A DNA stretch of 64,000 nucleotides from Microcoleus sp. (GTDB lineage: Bacteria > Cyanobacteriota > Cyanobacteriia > Cyanobacteriales > Microcoleaceae): contig CP181291.1 in the NCBI GenBank assembly GCA_052279835.1, positions 4,480,001-4,544,000 on the forward strand, in the 5' to 3' direction. Positions 40,439-50,238 of the stretch are shown here, in pieces. Position numbers and translations under genes: made by a program. Positions within the stretch are counted from its first letter, which is position 1, and each line of letters begins with the position of its first letter. Under the pieces are notes generated by a model. It was not told where the DNA came from, made no database searches, and saw only the letters and a program-made list of their open reading frames with translations.

Positions 40439-40831
40439 GGTTGTCTCTGAGAGAGATTCGGAGAATTCAGGAATTGATATCAATTCCGGTTGTATGGGAA
40501 TGATTTAACCGCGAAGGCGCGAAGTACGCGAAGCAAGAGAAGAGAGAGTTTAATACAGGACGATGAAGAGAGAATTTTATATGACACTCCCCGATGCTAA
40601 TGCTATCGCATACAGCGCTGGCTTTCAGCAGCCTAAAAGATATCCCTCTCATCAGCAAGTCAGTCGCCAACCATAGGGATGGTGGAAGCACTGCCCCATT
40701 CTGGGCCATATTCAACATTCTACAGTGCTACTTTCTCGCCGGGGGTAAGTCTCAGGTCAAAAATCAAAAATCAAAAATCGACCGATCGATCCTAAGATAA
40801 AAAAACGCTGGTTAGGAAAGTTTGTAAACTT

Positions 40832-41200
40832 ATGCGAGTGTTCGTCTTACTCTTCAATGCCCGCACTGAGAATGAAGGAATTCATACCATTCAACTCGGC
40901 GATCGCAATAAGGTTCTCATGTTTGAGTCAGAAGACGACGCCATCCGCTTTGGCGTGATGTTGGAAGCTCAAGATTTTCCCGAACCTACTGTCGAGGCGA
41001 TCGACGAGGAAGAAATTAAGGAGTTCTGCGATAGTGTCGATTATGACTGGGAACTGGTGCCGGCGGGGGCGCTGGAAATTCCGCCAGAAAACAATGTAGC
41101 ACAGACAGAGTGGAACTCAGATCCCCAACCCAAGTCTGATACTGATGTCTCCCAAAGCGAACTAGACTCTATTCGCCGCCGACTCGAAGGACTTTTGTAA
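40832..41200 (+). CDS. DUF3110 protein
   Basis: MRVFVLLFNARTENEGIH...FESEDDA.RF...LEAQDF...RRRLEGLL. Confidence 0.9.
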   Translation: MRVFVLLFNARTENEGIHTIQLGDRNKVLMFESEDDAIRFGVMLEAQDFPEPTVEAIDEEEIKEFCDSVDYDWELVPAGALEIPPENNVAQTEWNSDPQPKSDTDVSQSELDSIRRRLEGLL

Positions 41201-41219
41201 TATTCACACTTGAGACAAA

Positions 41220-42134
41220 ATGAAGAATTTGGAAGAAAGGGGGCATCTGCTGACGGAACAGGTGAATGCCAACAGTGAGAATTTAGATCGGCTCAGTTCG
41301 CTCGAATTGGTGGACTTGTTCAACCGGGAAGACGCTCAAACCTTAAAGGCGATTGCCCAAGCCCGCGAGCATTTAGCCCAAACGATTGACATCGCTGCTG
41401 AGTGTCTGCGTCAAGGAGGCCGCCTGTTTTACGTCGGTGCGGGTACTTCTGGGCGTTTGGGGGTACTGGACGCGGCCGAGTGTCCGCCCACCTTCTGCAC
41501 GCCACCAGAGCTGGTACAGGGGATTATTGCTGGGGGTGCCGGCGCTCTGGTGCGGAGTTCGGAGGATTTGGAGGATCGGGCCCAAGATGGGGCAGAGGCG
41601 ATCGCCCACCGTCAGATTACCAATCTAGATGTCGCGATCGGCATTACTGCTGGGGGGACTACGCCCTTTGTGGCTGGTGCTTTGCAGGCGGCCCGCCAGC
41701 GGGGAGCAAAGACTATTTTTATAGCCTGTGTACCTCTGGAACAAGTGAGTTTTGAGGCTGATGTGAATATTCGCTTGTTGGTTGGCCCGGAAGTCGTGGC
41801 TGGTTCGACGCGCTTAAAAGCGGGTACGGTGACAAAAATGGCTTTGAATATTATTTCAACTGGGGTAATGGTCAAGCTGGGTAAGGTTTATGGCAATCGG
41901 ATGGTTGATGTGGCCGTAACTAATCAGAAGTTACGCGATCGGGCTGTGCGGATGCTACAAGATTTGACTGATTTGAAGCGGGATGAAGCCAGTTTTTTGC
42001 TCGACAAAAGTGGTAAGTCTGTGAAGTTGGCTTTGATGATGCACTGGACTGGTTTGGAGAAGGAGGAGTGCGATCGCATTTTGGCAGAATTTCAAGGGGA
42101 TTTGCGATCGGCTGTGGCATCAATTAGTCAGTAG
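41220..42134 (+). CDS. murQ: N-acetylmuramic acid 6-phosphate etherase
   Basis: GAGTSGRLGVLDAAECPPTF, GSTRLKAGT and GKVYGNRMVDV motifs. Confidence 0.97.
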   Translation: MKNLEERGHLLTEQVNANSENLDRLSSLELVDLFNREDAQTLKAIAQAREHLAQTIDIAAECLRQGGRLFYVGAGTSGRLGVLDAAECPPTFCTPPELVQGIIAGGAGALVRSSEDLEDRAQDGAEAIAHRQITNLDVAIGITAGGTTPFVAGALQAARQRGAKTIFIACVPLEQVSFEADVNIRLLVGPEVVAGSTRLKAGTVTKMALNIISTGVMVKLGKVYGNRMVDVAVTNQKLRDRAVRMLQDLTDLKRDEASFLLDKSGKSVKLALMMHWTGLEKEECDRILAEFQGDLRSAVASISQ

Positions 42135-42215
42135 TCAGTAGTCAGTAGTCATTAGTTATTAGTCAGTTGTTATTCCCCATTCCCCATTCCCAATTCCCAA
42201 TTCCCCATTCCCCAT
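42125..42215. repeat. Composite heptamer array: 7 TAGTCAG-type units then 6 TCCCCAT-type units
   Basis: Direct reading; the 7-nt register is unbroken across the motif switch at 42174. Confidence 0.85.
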
Positions 42216-42746
42216 TCAGTTGTCAACTGTCCTTTGCGATATCGATTTAAAAAATTGTGCAATCTCTTCAGTGGATCTGATGTGATAAACACTTTTGGTA
42301 CTTTGAGCGCGATCGACATATTCGCGATATTTGGGAGTCAAATACTTGTAACACAACCAAAGAACGCGGTAACTATTAAGGGAACTTTTCAAAATCGGAC
42401 TTTTTTCCGGCCAGCCTTCTGGCGGTTTAAAGCTACCTGAGATCATTCGTTTAGTCACCCACCAGAAATGCACGTATAGCGGTAGATCGACAAAAACTAG
42501 ACTATCGGCCTCATTGAGTCGTGGCCAGAGGGTTTCCATAGAACCAAACCCCTCAATAATCCATCGCTCCGTCGCCAAAATTCGATCGTGATTGCGCTTA
42601 AATTCTTCATAGGGAACTTCAGCGCCGCCCGATTGATATTGAATCTTATCCAAAATGTACAGTGGCAAACCAGTGATTTCTGATAATCTCTTGCTGAGAG
42701 TTGATTTACCGCCTCCAGTATTGCCAAACACGGCTACTTTTTGCAT
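42216..42746 (-). CDS. Adenylate kinase-like P-loop protein (topology modulation/FlaR-like)
   Basis: MQKVAVFGNTGGGKSTL, 'WIIEG' and 'ADSLVFVDLP'. Confidence 0.8.
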   Translation of the reverse strand: MQKVAVFGNTGGGKSTLSKRLSEITGLPLYILDKIQYQSGGAEVPYEEFKRNHDRILATERWIIEGFGSMETLWPRLNEADSLVFVDLPLYVHFWWVTKRMISGSFKPPEGWPEKSPILKSSLNSYRVLWLCYKYLTPKYREYVDRAQSTKSVYHIRSTEEIAQFFKSISQRTVDN

Positions 42747-42890
42747 AAAAACTTCCGAAGTAAGTAGAAGGAAGAAGTCACCCCCCCCTGCCCCCCCCCA
42801 AGGGGGGAAATTCAGGAAGAAGGAAGAAGGCTCATAGAGCAAGCTTTTTAGCCACCTGTATCTTACGTTTAATTAAGTGGACTTACTTAT

Positions 42891-42953
42891 TAGGGTGCGT
42901 CAGCTTGGACAATCTGGGCTACCCATCCCATCTTTACCAACTGACGCACCTTA
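42891..42953. repeat. REP-like hairpin
   Basis: GGTGCGTCAG ... CTGACGCACC inverted repeat. Confidence 0.65.
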
Positions 42954-42975
42954 AAAGCTGCATAAATCAAATTTT

Positions 42976-44278
42976 ATGCTACCCGTTCACAAAAACGATC
43001 GCCGTAAGCTGACTTTGGTTTACACCTTGCACAATTCCCAAATAATTGCTACCAGATTTAATCGCCGTGGAAGCAACGCTTGCACTTCCATCCAACTGCA
43101 AATTCACAGCTTCAAAAGTCAAGTTGGCAAACACAATACCGTCAGTCAAACCAATTTTATCCCCAGCCACAAAATCGACGATTACATCTGCATTTGCTAA
43201 AGTAGTGACCGCAGACAAACCACCGGCTAGAATAAAGGTATCATTTCCGCCGCCGCCTGTCAGAATATCTTGACCGCGATCGCCCCCTAACAAATCATCG
43301 CCATTACCGCCAATCAAGATATCATCTTCTTTGCCACCACGGAGAGTGTCGTTACCGTCTCCTCCAATCAGGCGATCGTTATCATTGTTACCGCTGATAA
43401 AATCATTACCAACACCCCCATCTATTGAATCTGATTCTTTGCCACCGGATAAACTGTCATTACCCCCACCACCATTAATAGTATCCGCACCTTGCATACC
43501 ATTAATAGTATCTGCACCTTCTCCTCCGGTGAGATTGTCTTTCCCAGAAAGGGCAAAAATTGGCAATCCCCCAGGGACTTGTAGGTAACTGAGCATCCGC
43601 ACTGTCAGATAAGAAATAATTGCCACCGCTGACTGTATTTTTGGGGGCTGTCGTGGGGCTGCCATCGCCTGTAGCATTGGCGATCGGTGTGGTGATAGAT
43701 GCAGATAGATTTGGGGTAGGAGTAGGAGTAGGAGTAGGAGTAGGAATAGGAGTGGGAGTAGATATGGGTGTAGTGGTACCGTCAAGAGAAGTAGCAAACA
43801 CTTGCGTCCAATAGTGATTCCAATTTTCAGTACCAGTATCATTGGCTAAAAAATAGTAACCAATGCCAATTTCTTTCAGCTTAGGATCGAGAATATTAGC
43901 ACGGTGGCCAGCACTGTTCATCCAGGAAGCTACCACTTGTTCGGGTGTAGAAGAACCCGCAGCAATGTTTTCCGCCGCCGCTGAGAATTTATAGCCCGTT
44001 GCAGTAATGCGACTGCCGATCGAAGAACCATCTTTTCCGGTATGAGAAAAGAAGTCTTGCAGGGCCATATTTTCGGTGTGATTTGCCGCCGCATTCAGCA
44101 ACTGAGCATTGAAAGTCAGGGGTGATAAACCAAATTTAGTGCGTTCTATGTTGGTAAGTTCTAGAACTTTATCAACAAAAGATTGATTGGTTGCACTTGC
44201 AAAACGTTCAGGGGTCAAACCTCCTTCGTTTAAGATGTCTAAAGGTTGAGTGGCTGCATTATTGATTTGTTCAAACAT
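42976..44278 (-). CDS. CAP/SCP-domain protein with a PT linker and RTX-type Ca-binding repeats; frameshifted near 43568-43576
   Basis: 'FFSHTG', 'ENIAAG', 'WMNSAGHRANIL' in one frame and GGxGxD repeats in the next; removing one base joins them. Confidence 0.8.
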
Positions 44279-44557
44279 GGTGAGTTATAAAAATTGAGAT
44301 TGGCTTATCTCATATCTACAACTGCTGTACTTGTTTTCCGTATATCTTCCCGCACAATTTGAATTTCAATCGATGGTCATTTTTGGATTTTAGCTTTAAA
44401 CAGCGAATTTCATATTTTCAATTTATCTGGGAATGATTTAACCGCAGAGGACACAGAGGACACAGAGGAAGAGAATAGAGAGATGAATAATTATGAGGCC
44501 AATTACAATTTAGATTTGAGATTATAATTATTCATGAATCTCAAATCTAAACTTTTC

Positions 44558-45211
44558 TTAGGCTCCTTTGGCTTCCAATGCAACTTGCTCAACTTCATCT
44601 TTAGTCAGAATTTCTAGAGCTGCTTCTGCTTCTGCACCGCCTAATCGTCTGAGAGCTTGGGCGACTCGGTAACGGATTTGCCAATCTGCGTTGGTAGCGT
44701 AGGGGAGGAGTAGGGGAACGGCTCGCGGATCTTTCAATTCTCCTAATGCACTGATCGCAATGGTTTGGATCAACTCGTTGTCGGAAGCTAAGGCATTTTC
44801 TAACATGGGAAATGCTTTGGGATCTCCCATTTCTCCCAAGGCTGCGACGATGCTGAGTTGAACTAGCCACTCCGATGTATTGTTGTAAACTTGTTGTAAA
44901 TCTGGTAGAGCATCGGTTAATTTCAAAGCACCCAAAGCATCGGCTGCGGCTGCTTGGACGTCTGGTTCGGGGTCGTTGTTCAAGCTGTGAAGCAGTACCT
45001 CTAAGGCGTTGGAGAGATTCTCTGTACCGAGGGTTGACATTTGGCTGACGGCTGCGTAACGAACGCGGACGTTTTTGTCGCTGATCGCAGTTTGAATCAG
45101 TTTATAGGCGATGGCTGGTTCTAGTTGACGCAGTTGATTGACAGCACGGAGGCGATCGCCAAAATCCTCGGAATTGAGCAATTGTTCGACAGACTCTGGG
45201 TTAAGGCTCAT
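44558..45211 (-). CDS. nblB: HEAT-repeat phycobilisome degradation protein NblB
   Basis: 'LLNSEDFGDRLRAVNQLR...RVRYAAVSQ...EWLVQLSIVAALGEMGD...DWQIRYR'. Confidence 0.85.
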   Translation of the reverse strand: MSLNPESVEQLLNSEDFGDRLRAVNQLRQLEPAIAYKLIQTAISDKNVRVRYAAVSQMSTLGTENLSNALEVLLHSLNNDPEPDVQAAAADALGALKLTDALPDLQQVYNNTSEWLVQLSIVAALGEMGDPKAFPMLENALASDNELIQTIAISALGELKDPRAVPLLLPYATNADWQIRYRVAQALRRLGGAEAEAALEILTKDEVEQVALEAKGA

Positions 45212-45223
45212 GGGTTTTTAAAT

Positions 45224-45262
45224 TTGGTAATTGGTAATTGGTAATTGGTAATTGGTAATTGC
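45224..45262. repeat. Heptamer tandem repeat (TTGGTAA)n
   Basis: About 5 copies read directly. Confidence 0.85.
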
Positions 45263-45330
45263 CAAAAATTCACAGATTCAAGATGAGAGGGGCTGATTTT
45301 CTGGTCAATTCGTGTTAATATGGGAGCTAC

Positions 45331-45792
45331 TTAAAACTCGGATACCATTGCTCGGACAATATCTCCCCTAGTGAGGATACCAATTACTTTACCATTCGTA
45401 TCAATCACAGGTAATCGATGGATCTTGCGCTCGTGCAGCAGTTTGGCTGCTTCTTGGACAGATTTTTCCGATGTGATGCTAATGGGTTCTCGGCTCATAA
45501 CTTCTCCTACTGTTTGTCCTAAAGCTTTGTGGAGTTCTTGCTCGTAACGAGAAGGATTTTCTAAGTAAATCACGCTGTCGAGTATCATGATGTAAGTGGG
45601 GGGAGTTACACCTGTTTCCTGCCACATCAAGTCCGTTTCGGATATGACACCGATCAACAAATCATTGGCATCTACAACCGGAAGGCCGCTAATCCGGCGA
45701 GCAGCTAAAATTTTAATCGCTTCCTTGACGGACATTTCTGCTCGCGCTGTCAGGGGTTCGCGAGTCATTAAATCGGCTACTGTTTTGGGCAT
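45331..45792 (-). CDS. CBS domain pair protein
   Basis: 'ISGLPVVD...GVISETDL' and 'IHRLPVID...GILTRGDI'. Confidence 0.92.
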   Translation of the reverse strand: MPKTVADLMTREPLTARAEMSVKEAIKILAARRISGLPVVDANDLLIGVISETDLMWQETGVTPPTYIMILDSVIYLENPSRYEQELHKALGQTVGEVMSREPISITSEKSVQEAAKLLHERKIHRLPVIDTNGKVIGILTRGDIVRAMVSEF

Positions 45793-45920
45793 GATTGGCG
45801 TTTAATTTAATTGTTTCTCTCGATCGATCATATATCTAATCTCCAATCTAAAATCTAAAATCTCAAATCGGTCGATCGCTTTCAAAATTGTTAAGATATA
45901 TTAAAAACCGCTTCCGAGCA

Positions 45921-46244
45921 ATGCCAGAATCCGACGCTAAAAAACCAGAATCCCCACCAGAAGTCCGCTGTGTGTTAGTTTGTCAGCATCAATCTTGTCT
46001 GAGAAATGGTTCAGCCTCCGTGCTAGCTGCTTTTGAAGCCCACCCGGTTTCAGGAGTTAAAGTTGAGGCTAGCGGTTGTCAGGGACAGTGTAACACTGGC
46101 CCGACGGTGCGAGTAACGCCAGACGAAATTTGGTATTTTCGAGTTAAAGTCAGCGATGTGCCCCGGATTGTGGAAGAGCACCTCCAGGAGGGAAAGCCTG
46201 TCAAAGCGCTTTTGAATCCGAGAATTCATCTTTATTATTCATGA
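45921..46244 (+). CDS. Thioredoxin-like (2Fe-2S) ferredoxin
   Basis: VCQHQSC...GCQGQC..GP...WY motif. Confidence 0.88.
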   Translation: MPESDAKKPESPPEVRCVLVCQHQSCLRNGSASVLAAFEAHPVSGVKVEASGCQGQCNTGPTVRVTPDEIWYFRVKVSDVPRIVEEHLQEGKPVKALLNPRIHLYYS

Positions 46245-47683
46245 GCATCCCAGGAATTGTGATTGGTTTATTAACGCTGCTGGGTACTTCATCGGCGGTT
46301 GTGGCGCAAATTCCAGCAGTTTCTGGGAATATTTGTGCGGTAGATTTAGGTGCAAAAATAGATGCGATCGCCAATCGTGCTGAATTTAGTCGATCGCGTT
46401 GGGGCATTTTGATTCAACCCCTATCTTCTACTACCACTCTCTACAGTCGTGATGCTCAAAAATACTTTATTCCAGCATCAAATGTCAAGCTATTAACCAC
46501 CGCCGCTGCTTTACAAAAACTGGGTGCTAATTTTCGGATCGAGACCTCGGTTTACAGCGCTGAAAATGGTAATTTATATATTGCAGGTAGGGGCGATCCG
46601 AGTCTTGCGGAGGCTCAGTTGCAAGATTTGGCTCAGCAGTTGAAGCGGCGGGGAATTAGTCAAGTTAACGCATTGATGGGCGATGATAGCTATTTTCAAG
46701 GTAATGCAGTCCATCCGAATTGGGAATGGGAAGATGCCCAGGCTGGCTACGGAGCACCGATTAATAGTTTAATGTTCAATCAAAATGCGATCGAGCTAAT
46801 TTTATCACCCCAGGCGATCGGGCAACCACTGAAAGTTACTTTTGCCCAACCAAAGCTGACAAATCAGTGGCAAATTGAAAATAAGTCTGTGACAGTCGGA
46901 CAAAATGAATCAGAATTTATTGAAGTTGGCAGAGATTTCGGGCAACCTCTGCTGCAAGTTCGCGGCAAGTTGAGAGTTGGTGCAGAGTCTGAATCCGCTT
47001 ACGTGGCAGTTGTAAATCCTGCTCATCATTTTTTGCAACAGTTTCAGCAAGCTGTGGAGGCGGAAGGAATTGCGGTTAAACAGGCTTTAGTGGCATCTAA
47101 TTCTCGCAATTTAACTCAAAAGTTAGCAACTATTGAATCGCCACCAATGGCAGAATTGGTGAAAGAAACTAATCGGGAAAGTAACAATGTTTATGCAGAG
47201 GTTTTATTGAGATTGTTGGGGAAATCTACAGGTAAGATGCCTGGGTCCCAAGAGGATACAATTGAAGTTGGTTTGAAAGAGTTAAAAACAACTTTAACTC
47301 AATTAGGGGTAAATCCCGATAGCTATATATTAGTTGATGGTTCTGGATTGTCTCGCCACAATTTAATTAGTCCAGAAGCCTTGGTGCAAACTTTGAGATT
47401 AATGGCGAATTCACCTTTGGGCTCTGTTTACCGCGCGTCTTTACCTGTGGCTGGGGAGAGCGGAACTTTAAAAAATCGTTTCAATACACCAAATCGAGTC
47501 ATTTTGCAAGCAAAAACTGGAACTTTGAGCTCCGTTGCAGCGCTGTCGGGATATGTGGAAGTTCCGAATTACGAGCCGCTGGTGTTTAGCATTATGGTGA
47601 ATCAATCGGATCTGTCTAGTGCCAAAGTGCGATCGGCGATCGATGAAATTGTGCTGTTATTAAATCGCCTCAGCCGCTGTTAA
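46241..47683 (+). CDS. dacB: D-Ala-D-Ala carboxypeptidase/endopeptidase (PBP4)
   Basis: PASNVK (SxxK), SNN, DGSGLSR and KTG motifs. Confidence 0.93.
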   Translation: MSIPGIVIGLLTLLGTSSAVVAQIPAVSGNICAVDLGAKIDAIANRAEFSRSRWGILIQPLSSTTTLYSRDAQKYFIPASNVKLLTTAAALQKLGANFRIETSVYSAENGNLYIAGRGDPSLAEAQLQDLAQQLKRRGISQVNALMGDDSYFQGNAVHPNWEWEDAQAGYGAPINSLMFNQNAIELILSPQAIGQPLKVTFAQPKLTNQWQIENKSVTVGQNESEFIEVGRDFGQPLLQVRGKLRVGAESESAYVAVVNPAHHFLQQFQQAVEAEGIAVKQALVASNSRNLTQKLATIESPPMAELVKETNRESNNVYAEVLLRLLGKSTGKMPGSQEDTIEVGLKELKTTLTQLGVNPDSYILVDGSGLSRHNLISPEALVQTLRLMANSPLGSVYRASLPVAGESGTLKNRFNTPNRVILQAKTGTLSSVAALSGYVEVPNYEPLVFSIMVNQSDLSSAKVRSAIDEIVLLLNRLSRC

Positions 47684-47829
47684 AAAAAATCAATCATAGC
47701 AGGAAAATTTTACACATTAAGTGCGATCGGCTACAATGAAAGAAGAAAAATTAAAACCAGTAGGTTGCTGGAGTAGGCAGCCCGTTTGGCGTGCTTGTAT
47801 AACCAAAAGGTAAGTATAACTTCCACAAT

Positions 47830-48723
47830 ATGAAATTTTTAGATTCCGAACAACAGCATATCTTTGTCGAAACCAACAAAATCCGCTTGCACTGCGTTTC
47901 CCAAGGTGAAGGCGAACTTGTTTTGCTCTTACACGGGTTTCCAGAGTTTTGGTATTCTTGGCGTCACCAAATTCCTGCCTTGGCGCGTCATTTCAAGGTG
48001 GTAGTCCCGGATTTACGCGGCTACAACGATTCGGACAAGCCAGCAAGTGGCTATGATTTGGATACGCTGAGTGCAGATATTCGCGGTTTGATCGATCGCC
48101 TCGGCTATACAAAAGCTCACATTGTCGGTCATGATTGGGGAGGGGTTATCGCGTGGCATTTAGCTCAAAAATTCCCCGAAAAGCTCAACCGTTTGGCAAT
48201 TTTAAACGCTCCTCACCCGCAACGCTTCGTGCAAGAAATGGCGAGTAACTTAGATCAACTCCGTCGCAGTTGGTATGTTTTTGCTTTTCAGGTTCCTGGT
48301 ATTCCCGAATGGTTGATTCAGCAAAACTTGAAAGATTTTGTGCAAAATGTGTTTCAAGGACAAGCTATTCGTAAAGGCTCTTTTAGCGCTGAAGAAACTA
48401 AGATTTATCAGACAGCTTTGGAAAAGCCTGGAGTATTGGGGGCTGCGGTGAATTATTACCGGCAGATGTTTCATCCGCAGAGGCTGTGGAATTTGGGGCA
48501 TCCATGGGAAACGGTGAAAGTTCCTACTTTGGTGCTTTGGGGAGAAGAGGATGCGTTTTTGAGCCACAAACTGGTGGAAGGTTTAGACAGGTTAATTTCT
48601 GCTCCGTTTAAGCTAAAGTTAGTTCCGAATTGTGGCCACTGGATTCAGCAAGAAGTTCCGCAAACGGTGAATCGAGAATTGCTCAGTTTTCTGAGAAATT
48701 CTTCTTCTTCTTTGGTTTTTTGA
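47830..48723 (+). CDS. Alpha/beta hydrolase, epoxide hydrolase-like
   Basis: HGFPE, GHDWG and GHW motifs. Confidence 0.92.
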   Translation: MKFLDSEQQHIFVETNKIRLHCVSQGEGELVLLLHGFPEFWYSWRHQIPALARHFKVVVPDLRGYNDSDKPASGYDLDTLSADIRGLIDRLGYTKAHIVGHDWGGVIAWHLAQKFPEKLNRLAILNAPHPQRFVQEMASNLDQLRRSWYVFAFQVPGIPEWLIQQNLKDFVQNVFQGQAIRKGSFSAEETKIYQTALEKPGVLGAAVNYYRQMFHPQRLWNLGHPWETVKVPTLVLWGEEDAFLSHKLVEGLDRLISAPFKLKLVPNCGHWIQQEVPQTVNRELLSFLRNSSSSLVF

Positions 48724-48785
48724 CGGCAAATAATAAGCCCATGCAATCACTCAGTTCACAAGAGTCCTGGAGGCACAGCCAAACT

Positions 48786-48817
48786 AAAGCCCTGACTTGT
48801 TTAACAAATCAGGGTTC
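48786..48817 (-). terminator. Putative terminator between the convergent hydrolase gene and recA
   Basis: AGCCCTGA-CTTG...CAAA-TCAGGGTT stem with a T-rich tail on the minus strand. Confidence 0.5.
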
Positions 48818-48897
48818 TAACAGCAGAATAGTGAACTACTCACCGCTAACCTGGAGTAGCAGGTATCGCGGGAGTTCTGTACTGACAGTCAAAAGAT

Positions 48898-50010
48898 TTA
48901 GATTTCTTCCAAATCTTCGACTTCTTCGATATCTTCTAGATCTTCTAGATCCTCATCGTCCACAGGAGCGACGGAATTAGCAGAAACCACAGCACCAGTA
49001 GCAAGTTTTTCTCTCACTAATTTCTCAATTTCATTTTTGAAATCGATATTTTTCTCCATGTGTTGGATTACTTTGTCTCGTCCTTGAGCAATGTTATCGC
49101 CGTTGTAGCTATACCAAGAACCTTTTTTCGTAATTACTCCCATTTCGTCGGCCAAGTCTGTCAAACAGCCTAAAGTAGAAATGCCTTTGCCAAATACAAT
49201 GTCAAATTCGGCAATGCGGAAGGGTGGAGCAACTTTATTTTTAGCAACTTTAACTTTGGTGCGGTTCCCGTACTCTTCTGTGCCTTTTTTCAAGGTTTGA
49301 ATCCGGCGAATATCGAGTCGCACGCTGGCGTAGAATTTGAGAGCGTTACCCCCTGTTGTCGTTTCGGGATTGCCGTAAGTGACACCGATTTTTTGGCGTA
49401 ATTGGTTGAGAAAAATGACGGTACAGCCGGATTTGCCGATGTTCCCGGTGATTTTTCGCAAAGCTTGGCTCATCAACCGGGCTTGCAAACCCATGTGGGA
49501 GTCGCCCATGTCGCCTTCAATTTCGGCGCGGGGGACTAGGGCTGCTACGGAGTCAATAACTACGATATCGACGGCGACGGAACGGACGAGTTGATCGACT
49601 ATTTCTAGCCCCATCTCTCCGGTATCGGGTTGGGATACTAGGAGATTTTCAATATCGACACCCAAGGCTGAGGCGTAGGTGGGATCTAGGGCGTGTTCGG
49701 CATCGACGAAGGCGGCGATACCGCCGGATTTTTGGACTTCGGCGATCGCGTGTAGCGCTAGAGTGGTTTTACCGGAACTTTCTGGGCCATAGATTTCAAT
49801 GACTCGGCCTTTTGGCAAACCGCCACCCAAGGCGATGTCAAGTGTCAGGGCTCCGCTGGGAATGGTTTCTACCCTCATGCGAGTGGCGTCTCCCAATCGG
49901 ACGATCGCCCCTTTGCCAAAGCTACGCTCGATCTGGGATAGTACCGCAGTCAGGGCTTTTTGCTTTTCGGGGCTTTCAGTAATTTTTGTAGACGTATCTT
50001 TTTTTGCCAT
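48898..50010 (-). CDS. recA: Recombinase RecA
   Basis: [35 protein letters not shown]. Confidence 0.99.
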   Translation of the reverse strand: MAKKDTSTKITESPEKQKALTAVLSQIERSFGKGAIVRLGDATRMRVETIPSGALTLDIALGGGLPKGRVIEIYGPESSGKTTLALHAIAEVQKSGGIAAFVDAEHALDPTYASALGVDIENLLVSQPDTGEMGLEIVDQLVRSVAVDIVVIDSVAALVPRAEIEGDMGDSHMGLQARLMSQALRKITGNIGKSGCTVIFLNQLRQKIGVTYGNPETTTGGNALKFYASVRLDIRRIQTLKKGTEEYGNRTKVKVAKNKVAPPFRIAEFDIVFGKGISTLGCLTDLADEMGVITKKGSWYSYNGDNIAQGRDKVIQHMEKNIDFKNEIEKLVREKLATGAVVSANSVAPVDDEDLEDLEDIEEVEDLEEI

Positions 50011-50238
50011 TTGCGGTACACAGGTAGGGCCCTTGCGGAGCTTGTTGATTAACTGTACAACACGTATGTTAGCAGTTATTTTGGGGGTGGGGAGGTTCTG
50101 GGAAGATTTGATTCACGATTCTTGATTTTGCTGAAGTCCGGCAGCAGCCAGGGCTGTTTCATGATCGGGAAAATCAGTGGGGTAGCCACTGTTTGCTGCC
50201 TCTACAAGAGAATGAGAAGGTTAGAGAATAGGTAGCGC

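Noticed and set aside
50015..50070. LexA box upstream of recA
   Set aside because: Only imperfect matches (for example GGTAC-ACA-GGTAG) to the cyanobacterial RGTAC-N3-DGTWC consensus; not supportable
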